NCBI GenBank assembly: GCA_001790095.1
Contig: MGBH01000001.1
Location: forward strand, 90,001 to 122,000
DNA length: 32,000 bases
Origin: Candidatus Saccharimonadota bacterium
Lineage (GTDB): Bacteria > Patescibacteriota > Microgenomatia > UBA1406 > GWC2-37-13
Direction of reading: 5' to 3'
Shown here: piece by piece, positions 17,174-24,161 of the stretch
Layout of the letters: each line of letters starts with the position of its first letter
Numbering within the stretch: position 1 is the stretch's first letter
Program-made: the position numbers and the translations under genes
Notes under the pieces: model-generated
The model's database searches: none
What the model was told of the DNA's origin: nothing
The model's input: the letters and a program-made list of their open reading frames with translations, nothing else

Positions 17174-18534
17174 TAGGAAAATTTAAATATCTTAAAATCA
17201 CGGATTCTTTTCAAAGCAAACGAAATCTGCGAAATTTTAAAATATCGCATAAGCATAAAAATTTGTTTTGGACGGAAGAAAAATTCACGAAATGCCAATG
17301 ATTGAGCATTACTTAATGTTTTTTTATCGATAGTTGGGGGAAGCCAGGAAACTTCGTGAAATGAATCGATATGCCAGTTTACTTTTTTATCAAATCTCAA
17401 TTCTGACCAAAGCGCTGAACCGGGGATAATATCAAGAAGGAGAAATTGAGCTTTATCAAGCGGAACACTTTTTGCAAAATTAATGGTTTCACGGATGGTA
17501 TCTTTAGTTTCACCGGGAAGCCCAAAAATAAAGAATCCCTGAGTAATCAGACCGACTTTATGCGCCATCATAATAGCTTTTCTTATAGTGTCGAGATTTT
17601 CATGTTTTAATATATTTTTTAAAATTACATCATTGCCAGATTCAATACCGAATGCAACAGAATAACAACCTGCTTTCTTCATGAGTTTTAACAGTTTCAT
17701 GTCTACCTTGTCAGCTCGTATACCGTTTGGCGTACACCAGGCAACTCGTATTTTATTTTTTATAATTCCTTTACATACAGCTTCAGCATGATCACGCTTG
17801 AGAGTAAAATTATCATCCTCAAAATGTATTTCCTTTACTCCGAGCGTATTGACTAAATATGTAATTTCTTGGATCACTTCTTGAGGGTCTCTAAACCGCA
17901 GCCGCCTTTTCCATAGATGAGGTGAAGCACAGAATTTACACTCATATGGACAGCCACGCGTTGTCATGATAGGGGCAACGGGAAAGTTGCTGACAATACC
18001 TCCATGGGGCGCTTTTTTGTAAGTGCGGGGATCAATCTGAGTCCAGTCCGGTATGGGAAGAGAAGATAAATCTTTGATAAACGGGGCAAAGACAGGTTTT
18101 TTATTAAAAGCGCTTATTAACCCATCAAATCGTATATCTTTTTTCTTTTTTCCTTCTTTTATATTCTTTATCAACTTAAAAAGTGTTTCTTCACCTTCTC
18201 CAATCACCACATAATCAGCTTTGCTTTCTTTTAGTGTCAAGATTGGGAGAGTTGAGGCGTGTGGGCCGCCAATGACCACAATTTTTCCTGCTTTTTTTAA
18301 TCTTTTTGCCAAATCAACTGCCTCTAAAAAATAATAAGAAAGTACAGAGATCCCAATGACGTCTACATGTCTTGATCTTTTTACAATCTCTTTGTTGCTT
18401 AGATCCAGATTTAGTCCATCGATGATCTCACACTCAACTCCCTTATTTTTCAGGTATGAAGATAAGTATCCCATACCTAGAGGAGGAGTGATGAGATGAG
18501 TTTTATAGCGGGGTCGTGTAATGACGACTTTCAT
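17173..18534 (-). CDS. B12-binding-domain radical SAM enzyme (class B)
   Basis: N-terminal cobalamin-binding Rossmann-like region (VIGISVLS...VVIGGPHAS...DYVVIGEGE), then RGCPYECKFCAS (CxxxCxxC). ATG 18534 (MKVVITRP) is preferred because a TGgTAAAAT box abuts the tracked ATG 18549. Confidence 0.85.
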   Translation of the reverse strand: MKVVITRPRYKTHLITPPLGMGYLSSYLKNKGVECEIIDGLNLDLSNKEIVKRSRHVDVIGISVLSYYFLEAVDLAKRLKKAGKIVVIGGPHASTLPILTLKESKADYVVIGEGEETLFKLIKNIKEGKKKKDIRFDGLISAFNKKPVFAPFIKDLSSLPIPDWTQIDPRTYKKAPHGGIVSNFPVAPIMTTRGCPYECKFCASPHLWKRRLRFRDPQEVIQEITYLVNTLGVKEIHFEDDNFTLKRDHAEAVCKGIIKNKIRVAWCTPNGIRADKVDMKLLKLMKKAGCYSVAFGIESGNDVILKNILKHENLDTIRKAIMMAHKVGLITQGFFIFGLPGETKDTIRETINFAKSVPLDKAQFLLLDIIPGSALWSELRFDKKVNWHIDSFHEVSWLPPTIDKKTLSNAQSLAFREFFFRPKQIFMLMRYFKISQISFALKRIRDFKIFKFS

Positions 18535-18549
18535 AGGTAAAGTGATCAT

Positions 18550-18558
18550 ATTTTACCA
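18550..18558 (-). promoter_or_regulatory. Extended -10 box TGgTAAAAT for the radical SAM operon
   Basis: The reverse complement of 18550-18558 is TGGTAAAAT. It lies in a 43-bp divergent gap and would give a leader of about 9 nt to ATG 18534. Confidence 0.35.
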
Positions 18559-18576
18559 GAACATATCTTTTTAAGA

Positions 18577-18585
18577 TGTTACAAT
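18577..18585 (+). promoter_or_regulatory. Extended -10 box TGtTACAAT, 7 nt upstream of ATG 18593 (leaderless promoter candidate)
   Basis: TGTTACAAT at 18577-18585 with no SD before the ATG. Confidence 0.4.
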
Positions 18586-18592
18586 TATTTGT

Positions 18593-19075
18593 ATGATTAC
18601 CTGTTTTTTTGAAAACAACAACAAAGCTTTTTTAAGACACGTGACAGTAAATGCGATCGTAGTCAAGGACACACAGATCCTTCTTGGCAAAAGAGGAACA
18701 CTAAAAGGCAAGCCCATATTGGAGTCAGGTAAATGGGGGCTTTTGGGAGGATTTTTAGGAAGAGATGAGAGTTTGATCGATGCTGTAAAGAGAGAAGTGA
18801 TGGAAGAAAGCGGTTGGGAGATAGAAAATATGATTCTATTGAGAATAAATGACTGCCCTAATAGGCCAAAAGAAGATCGTCAAAATGTAGATATTATTTT
18901 TATTGCAAATGCTGTTAGGCAGATAAGTACTTCTGACGAAGAGGTGAAAGAACTTCAATGGTTTGATTTAGACAAACTTCCGATCGGAGATATGATCGCT
19001 TTTGACCATGGAGATGCAATTAATTACTATCTGCAATATCTTAAACAGAAGATAAACATTCCAATCTTAGGATAA
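18593..19075 (+). CDS. NUDIX hydrolase
   Basis: Canonical Nudix box GFLGRDESLIDAVKREVMEESGW. Confidence 0.8.
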   Translation: MITCFFENNNKAFLRHVTVNAIVVKDTQILLGKRGTLKGKPILESGKWGLLGGFLGRDESLIDAVKREVMEESGWEIENMILLRINDCPNRPKEDRQNVDIIFIANAVRQISTSDEEVKELQWFDLDKLPIGDMIAFDHGDAINYYLQYLKQKINIPILG

Positions 19076-19081
19076 ATTTTC

Positions 19082-19912
19082 TTAAATACTGAAAGAAAAC
19101 ATTAAAGGTAGGTGATCTGAGACGTTTGAATCAATTACATGAAAGTTGAGTATATTTATACTCGGACTTACATATATATAATCAACCACATTGCGATCCA
19201 GATGATGGTGTTCATTAGATGATGGCCTGGTTGTTTTTATTTTATAGTGGTCAACCAGACTTACAAAGTTATCATTCAGAATTTTCATGGAATCAGTGTG
19301 GGGAAATAGATTAAAATCTCCACATATGATAGATGGATAAGAAACATCTCTCGCAAGTTTTTTTATCTTTTGACAAGCATTTTGAGTGATGGGAGTCCCT
19401 TGCTTATCCCGTGACCAAATGCCGTGATAGTTGAGGATTCGTATTTTCTTTGATGATGAGATTTCAAGATCTACCACCTGGACAGCCTTTGGATCTTCCT
19501 TTGGCCACGAAGCCCAGTCAGTGATATAGGAAAAATTACCTTGGACAAACACATTTTGTCCCTTAATGATCTTGTATTTACTCTTTATATAATTACCAAA
19601 CTCGATAAATCCGTTAAAGCGGATATCAAAATTTTGCCTGCCATGAAAATCCTTTTTTTTGAAGTCCTGTATCGTTGTATTTGGTGCATAAAAAGAAAAA
19701 GGTAGTTTGCTTGTTGCTTTATTTATAGTATCTATTGAGATGTAATCTTTGAGAGAGCTGTATTGAACTTTTTTGGTCACTTCTTGCAGACAGACTATAT
19801 CGGGTTTTTCCTTTTTAAGGAAATTCTTTATCTTGTCATTATTAGTTTCAAAAAGTGCTACATTTAGCGAGATAAGTTTGATCTTAAACATATCTCTTTT
19901 ATCTTTTTTCAT
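19082..19912 (-). CDS. Endonuclease/exonuclease/phosphatase (EEP) family protein
   Basis: N-terminal LISLNV...PDIVCLQEV, C-terminal GDFN and SDHLP motifs typical of the EEP fold. Confidence 0.7.
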   Translation of the reverse strand: MKKDKRDMFKIKLISLNVALFETNNDKIKNFLKKEKPDIVCLQEVTKKVQYSSLKDYISIDTINKATSKLPFSFYAPNTTIQDFKKKDFHGRQNFDIRFNGFIEFGNYIKSKYKIIKGQNVFVQGNFSYITDWASWPKEDPKAVQVVDLEISSSKKIRILNYHGIWSRDKQGTPITQNACQKIKKLARDVSYPSIICGDFNLFPHTDSMKILNDNFVSLVDHYKIKTTRPSSNEHHHLDRNVVDYIYVSPSINILNFHVIDSNVSDHLPLMFSFSI

Positions 19913-19919
19913 ACCTATT

Positions 19920-19928
19920 AGTATATCA
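19920..19928 (-). promoter_or_regulatory. Extended -10 box TGaTATACT, 7 nt upstream of ATG 19912 (leaderless promoter candidate)
   Basis: The reverse complement of 19920-19928 is TGATATACT, followed by AATAGGT and then ATG. Confidence 0.4.
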
Positions 19929-19955
19929 AACAGGTTGGATATGGTTTTATTCCTC

Positions 19956-19989
19956 TTGACATTTTACATAGTCTATATTAGACTTACAT
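19956..19989 (+). promoter_or_regulatory. Putative PadR promoter with an embedded palindromic operator
   Basis: TTGACA at 19956-19961, a 17-nt spacer, then TAGACT at 19979-19984. The perfect 6-3-6 palindrome AGTCTA-tat-TAGACT (19970-19984) is flanked by direct TACAT repeats (19965-19969 and 19985-19989). Confidence 0.4.
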
Positions 19990-20011
19990 ATAGTAAGAAT
20001 TACTTTATATT

Positions 20012-20353
20012 ATGAGAAAAAACTGCTCAATGGCCGTATTGGAAAACTTTTTTGAACCATGTGTTTTGTACCTATTAATGAAGAAAACAGGCTATGGATA
20101 CGATATACAAAAACAAATAAAGAAGCATTGCAATTGTGAGGTTAATATCGGCAATCTGTACCGTTCCTTGTCCCGTATGCAGCATCAAGGATATATAACA
20201 CGAGAAGGGGCAAAAAGCGAGATAGGTCCTAAAAGGTATAGCTACACCATTACAGATCAAGGAAAAGCATATCTTGCCGAATGGATTGAGGCATTAAAAA
20301 TGCAAAACAAGATTATCAGTTTACTTATTAAAAATTACCAAAAAAACATATGA
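20012..20353 (+). CDS. PadR-family transcriptional regulator (Cys-rich)
   Basis: Winged-helix signature PCVLYLLMKKTGYGYDIQKQI...GNLYRSLSRMQHQGYI...YTITDQGKAYL. Four Cys residues, including HCNC. Confidence 0.8.
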   Translation: MRKNCSMAVLENFFEPCVLYLLMKKTGYGYDIQKQIKKHCNCEVNIGNLYRSLSRMQHQGYITREGAKSEIGPKRYSYTITDQGKAYLAEWIEALKMQNKIISLLIKNYQKNI

Positions 20354-20583
20354 AAAAAGTAAAAGTATTTTCTACCCCCACATGTCCTTATTGCCACATG
20401 GCAAAAGACTATTTAAAAGAGAAAAGGATAGAGTTTGAAGATATTGACGTTTCACAAGACCGCTCTCAGGCCATGCAGATGGTCCAAAAATCAGGCGAGA
20501 TGGGAGTTCCGCAACTTTGGATAAACGATGAAGTGGTGATCGGTTTTAACAAACCAGTCATTGATCAACTGCTGGGACTATAA
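20350..20583 (+). CDS. Glutaredoxin-like/NrdH-like small thioredoxin-fold protein
   Basis: 77 aa, CPYC active site after beta-1 (VKVFSTPTCPYCHMAK), GVPQLWI cis-Pro region. ATGA overlap with padR. Confidence 0.85.
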   Translation: MKKVKVFSTPTCPYCHMAKDYLKEKRIEFEDIDVSQDRSQAMQMVQKSGEMGVPQLWINDEVVIGFNKPVIDQLLGL

Positions 20584-20602
20584 ATGTCGCTACTGATTTT
20601 GA

Positions 20603-20785
20603 TCAATAATTTATGGATTGAAAACCTCTCATGGTTAATTCGTCGATAGATAGAGCAAAACAATCATTACAGCCGTTTATCCAATGGCTTCTGTAGAGTA
20701 TTTCTGTTTTCTTTGAAGAGATAATATCCCGTTTGCAAAATGGACAATTGTATTGTGGTTGTATTTTCGGTAAACGTTTCTTCAT
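20603..20785 (-). CDS. Small hypothetical four-Cys (zinc-ribbon-like) protein
   Basis: CPFC...CNDC pairs. ATG 20785 (MKKRLPK) is preferred over the tracked 20812. No family recognised. Confidence 0.3.
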   Translation of the reverse strand: MKKRLPKIQPQYNCPFCKRDIISSKKTEILYRSHWINGCNDCFALSIDELTMRGFQSINY

Positions 20786-21024
20786 GAGAGTATTTAGTAT
20801 ACTCTTATACACGAGAATATGGGGAGTGAAACAAACGCAATCTTTTTTCTTTAAGATTTTAATTGGCGATGGATGCTATCAACAAGAACATTTTTAGAAT
20901 CTTTCCCAGAAAGATATTCTTTTGAGAGCTTTCTTACGTGTTCATATCTTCGCTTTCTCATCTCCTGTACCAGGAGTGGGTGTTGATGGAGCGATATCTC
21001 ATGAAGGTAAGCTATACTTAGAGG

Positions 21025-21723
21025 ATGTTTCAGAACAATTTGTCATCGATCTATTCGTTTATTCAAAAAAGGTTTACCATTTCATGTATGGGATTACATC
21101 ATATAAACAAGAACCAGAATTATATCTTTGTTATGAATCATCAGAGTATTATGGATATTCCCATTGCCTTTTCATTGCTTCTACCTCTCATCAATCGTCC
21201 TCTGCATCTATGTATGAGTCATCGATTCTATGATTTTTTTTGGTGGTTAACTTTGCCACTTGGCGCAATACGTATCCACATGGATTACGGAGGGGCAAAA
21301 GAACAAGCCTATAATAATAGACAACTATTAAAAGGAGTGAAGAGACTACGTGAAGGAAATAATGTTCTTATTTATCCTGAAGGAAACATCTATGGAGGAA
21401 AAGAGGGAGTTATTTTAAGGGGGAAAACGGGTGCGGTGCGTATGGCAATACAAGCAAAAAAAACCATGATTCCAATCGGAATTAGGGGGAGTAATAAGGC
21501 CTATCCCTTTTTACTCACCACATATAATCCATTCGTTACGAAAAAAATCCCATCGATTCATGTTTGTATCGGGAAAGAAATCAATTTGGAAAAGTACTAT
21601 CAAATGGATCTACACTCATACACGCAAAAAAACCGGATGATTATTCGCGACCTTACGGATAAACTTATGAAAGATCTTTCAGTATTAAGTGGATTACCTT
21701 CGTTTTCCGCTCATACTTCATAA
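21025..21723 (+). CDS. 1-acyl-sn-glycerol-3-phosphate acyltransferase-like (PlsC family)
   Basis: Motif I NHQSIMD (HX4D), motif III YPEGN, motif IV IPIGI. An in-frame stop at 21019 limits the N-terminus, so there is no N-terminal TM helix. Confidence 0.75.
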   Translation: MFQNNLSSIYSFIQKRFTISCMGLHHINKNQNYIFVMNHQSIMDIPIAFSLLLPLINRPLHLCMSHRFYDFFWWLTLPLGAIRIHMDYGGAKEQAYNNRQLLKGVKRLREGNNVLIYPEGNIYGGKEGVILRGKTGAVRMAIQAKKTMIPIGIRGSNKAYPFLLTTYNPFVTKKIPSIHVCIGKEINLEKYYQMDLHSYTQKNRMIIRDLTDKLMKDLSVLSGLPSFSAHTS

Positions 21724-21745
21724 TTTTTGTTATATCATAATTTTT

Positions 21746-21777
21746 TTGTAATATTCTACTTTCTTCTCTGTATTAAT
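21746..21777 (+). promoter_or_regulatory. Bipartite motif TTGTAATA-N13-TCTGTATTAAT, copy A, upstream of the secreted-protein gene
   Basis: The two blocks and the 13-nt spacing are identical to copy B at 22224-22255. Confidence 0.45.
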
Positions 21778-21801
21778 TAGTATGAAAGGAGGTGAAAATA
21801 T

Positions 21802-22173
21802 ATGAACACAAAAAAAATAATATTAGGTTTTTCAGCACTCGCATTAACGGCAATTGTTGGAACAATAGTTGCTGGATCTGCTTACGCATATCAAGGTGAC
21901 TATACCAAAAAAGGTCCTAACTATTCTCAAGAACGTCATGAGGCTATGGAAAAAGCATTTGAAAAAAATGACTATAATGCTTGGAAGAATCTCATGCAGG
22001 GAAAAGGAAGAGTAACTCAGGTTGTCACCAAAGACAACTTTGCTAAGTTTGCTCAAGCTCATAAATTAGGTTTAGAAGGTAAAACCAATGAAGCAAACAA
22101 GATTAGAACTGAATTAGGTTTAGGACTGCGCAATGGTTCAGGTCAGAGACAAGGAATGGGATTGTGCAGATAA
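21802..22173 (+). CDS. Small secreted alpha-helical protein (hypothetical), first gene of the ECF sigma module
   Basis: Strong SD AAGGAGGTG. Signal peptide ending AYA|YQ. Helical Lys/Glu-rich body and a Gly-rich tail LGLGLRNGSGQRQGMG. Confidence 0.6.
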   Translation: MNTKKIILGFSALALTAIVGTIVAGSAYAYQGDYTKKGPNYSQERHEAMEKAFEKNDYNAWKNLMQGKGRVTQVVTKDNFAKFAQAHKLGLEGKTNEANKIRTELGLGLRNGSGQRQGMGLCR

Positions 22174-22181
22174 TAATACAT

Positions 22182-22222
22182 AATACCTCCTCATATGTAA
22201 TTGATACAATAGAGGAGGTATT
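22182..22222 (+). terminator. 11-bp perfect hairpin between the secreted-protein gene and the sigma gene (terminator/attenuator candidate)
   Basis: AATACCTCCTC (22182-22192) pairs with GAGGAGGTATT (22212-22222) around a 19-nt loop. Only a weak T-rich tract (TGTTGT) follows. Confidence 0.45.
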
Positions 22223-22223
22223 G

Positions 22224-22255
22224 TTGTAATAAATTGGAAAGCTATCTGTATTAAT
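22224..22255 (+). promoter_or_regulatory. Bipartite motif TTGTAATA-N13-TCTGTATTAAT, copy B, ending 3 nt before the sigma-factor ATG
   Basis: Same blocks and spacing as copy A. There is no SD before ATG 22259. Confidence 0.45.
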
Positions 22256-22258
22256 AAT

Positions 22259-22816
22259 ATGAGGCAGACTGACAAATTAACTGATGAAGTCCTGGTAAAG
22301 GAAATTTTATCTGGTAAAAAAGAACTATTTCATCATTTAGTTACTCGGTATGAAGTAAAGTTAAGGCGATATATTTTGACAGTAACTAATCGGAAAGATG
22401 AAGTCGATGACATTTTACAAACAGTGTTTCTTAAAACATATAAAAATTTGCCGACCTTTAACAAAAGATTGAAGTTTTCAAGTTGGATATATCGGATTAC
22501 ACATAATGAAAGTGTAAATCTTATTGGTAGCAGTTTTATTCAGAAGTTTATTTCGTTACCAGAATGGTTTGATATAGGCAGCAGAGATAATGTTGAGGAA
22601 AAAATAGATGATGAGCAGATGAAGAAGAAGCTGAAAGGGTGTATTGAGCAATTAAGTATGAAATATAAAGAACCTCTTGTTCTTTTTTATTATGAAGAGA
22701 AGACCTATGAGGAAATAAGTGATATCTTACGCATTCCTCTATCGAATGTAGGTGTGTTAATCCACAGAGGACGGTCACAAGTTAAAAAAATATGTTATGA
22801 AAAAAACAATCGCTGA
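22259..22816 (+). CDS. ECF-type (group 4) sigma-70 family RNA polymerase sigma factor
   Basis: Region 2 (DILQTVFLKTYKNL...SWIYRITHNESVNL) and region 4 HTH (TYEEISDILRIPLSNVGVLIHRGRSQV) in 185 aa. Confidence 0.85.
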   Translation: MRQTDKLTDEVLVKEILSGKKELFHHLVTRYEVKLRRYILTVTNRKDEVDDILQTVFLKTYKNLPTFNKRLKFSSWIYRITHNESVNLIGSSFIQKFISLPEWFDIGSRDNVEEKIDDEQMKKKLKGCIEQLSMKYKEPLVLFYYEEKTYEEISDILRIPLSNVGVLIHRGRSQVKKICYEKNNR

Positions 22817-23534
22817 CATAATCACAGACAAGATAAAAAAAGGAGATATAACCATGAGATCGAAGTTTTCAATATGGGCTGAAAAGCTCGGATTAAATGG
22901 AGTTATGATGATGCTCATAGGATTTCTTATTATTATTGCAGGCTTTATTTTTTATTGGATAAAAAGCAATAATGACTTACTATTTAGTGGGTATGGACGA
23001 TATGGATTATTTTCTTTTGTCCAATCGTTTCCTTATACTCTTTCCATCATATTTATCGCTTTATTTCTATTTTTAATCACTATATTCAGAAAGTTTGATT
23101 TTTCTTATAAAAAGCCTTTTTTGATGATTCTTATCTTTATTCTGGTTGGAGCACTAGTTATGGGGTGGGTATCTACCAAACAATCAATTGGACAAAGATT
23201 TTATCAACAAAAAGGAAGAATGCTTCATATGGGGGAGATGAATAATACAAATACAGTATCAGGTATTGTGACCTTAATAAATCAAAGTATTGTTACAATC
23301 AGAGATGAAAATAACAAACAAATTATTATTCAAACAGGTTCTACAACACATTTTCCGTTCGGTAAACCGATGGTAAATGATCTTATACGTTCAGTTGGCT
23401 ATTGGAACGGAACTGTTTTTCATGCGATTGGTATCCGCACGTTTGATGACACAGATCCTTCAACTCTTGGGCCTGGTATGATGAGAGGCGGTGGCCAAGG
23501 TCGCGGCAGAAATTCCTCCATATCCAATGAGTAG
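22797..23534 (+). CDS. Membrane protein, putative anti-sigma/sigma-partner (3 TM plus an extracytoplasmic beta-rich domain)
   Basis: 20-nt overlap with the sigma gene. Three hydrophobic helices. The C-terminal domain (GIVTLINQSIVTIRDENNKQIIIQTGSTTHF...) resembles DUF5666-type beta domains. Gly/Arg tail LGPGMMRGGGQGRGRN. No ZAS HxxxCxxC motif. Confidence 0.5.
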   Translation: MKKTIADIITDKIKKGDITMRSKFSIWAEKLGLNGVMMMLIGFLIIIAGFIFYWIKSNNDLLFSGYGRYGLFSFVQSFPYTLSIIFIALFLFLITIFRKFDFSYKKPFLMILIFILVGALVMGWVSTKQSIGQRFYQQKGRMLHMGEMNNTNTVSGIVTLINQSIVTIRDENNKQIIIQTGSTTHFPFGKPMVNDLIRSVGYWNGTVFHAIGIRTFDDTDPSTLGPGMMRGGGQGRGRNSSISNE

Positions 23535-24101
23535 ACATCCGACTATGATGTTTAATGTCTGAATTAAGACTACTGGAATAGTTCCTTTTATTAAAGAAAA
23601 TAAAACAACAGTTGTTCCCATAAATATAAACGTTGCAAGACCTGTCGAAAAACCAAAGATTAGTAATTCTTTTTTTGTGTAGTTATATTCAATAGTTTTT
23701 GTGGCAAATAAACTAGTCCACATCATGATAGTAAGGGGACTTGAAAGAGTAAGAAAAAAGACTGTAATAAAGCTTGAGAAGATATCGGTAGAATGTATAA
23801 CCGTTTTAGTAGACATATTAACATCCGCTGCTCCTTTAATTATGAGTAGTCCAAAGATGATAAGTACGATTGAACTGATGAGACCAAACACTTTTTTCAC
23901 TTTTTTATGTTCTAGCAATTTACCGACACCGAAGATCGCAAGTGTGATGTAGACATAGTCAGCCAGGGTGACTCCGAGGACTCCAGCAAAGCCATCGAGT
24001 ATAGTTCTTTGGAGCGACAAATTAACAATAAAAAAGAAAACTGGCCCTATGGCAAGTTGAAGAAATAATCCCGTAGTTAAGCCATTTTTAAAAACTTTCA
24101 T
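23460..24101 (-). CDS. LysE/RhtB-family amino-acid exporter
   Basis: About 6 TM helices in 213 aa. N-terminal LQLAIGPVFFFIV...GVLGVTLADYVYI matches the LysE-type signature. Confidence 0.7.
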   Translation of the reverse strand: MKVFKNGLTTGLFLQLAIGPVFFFIVNLSLQRTILDGFAGVLGVTLADYVYITLAIFGVGKLLEHKKVKKVFGLISSIVLIIFGLLIIKGAADVNMSTKTVIHSTDIFSSFITVFFLTLSSPLTIMMWTSLFATKTIEYNYTKKELLIFGFSTGLATFIFMGTTVVLFSLIKGTIPVVLIQTLNIIVGCLLIGYGGISAATLATASHHTRPKS

Positions 24102-24107
24102 AATAAA

Positions 24108-24116
24108 ATTATATCA
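24108..24116 (-). promoter_or_regulatory. Extended -10 box TGaTATAAT, 6 nt upstream of ATG 24101 (leaderless promoter candidate)
   Basis: The reverse complement of 24108-24116 is TGATATAAT, followed by TTTATT and then ATG. Confidence 0.45.
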
Positions 24117-24146
24117 AAGCAGAATTTCCTTTATAGAAAATATTAC

Positions 24147-24155
24147 TGATATAAT
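24147..24155 (+). promoter_or_regulatory. Extended -10 box TGaTATAAT, 6 nt upstream of ATG 24162 (leaderless promoter candidate)
   Basis: TGATATAAT, then GAGCTT, then ATG. It sits back-to-back with the box at 24108-24116 in a 60-bp divergent gap. Confidence 0.45.
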
Positions 24156-24161
24156 GAGCTT

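Noticed and set aside
20851-20961. 36-aa basic minus-strand ORF (MRKRRYEHVRKLSKEY...) in the 212-bp gap
   Set aside because: GGAG abuts the ATG with no spacing, there is no -10 box at the leaderless position, and no similarity was recognised. Insufficient support.
20922-21233. 103-aa ORF overlapping the 5' part of the PlsC-like gene in another frame
   Set aside because: The PlsC frame has the HX4D and PEG motifs. This ORF has no motif or ribosome-binding site and is probably spurious.
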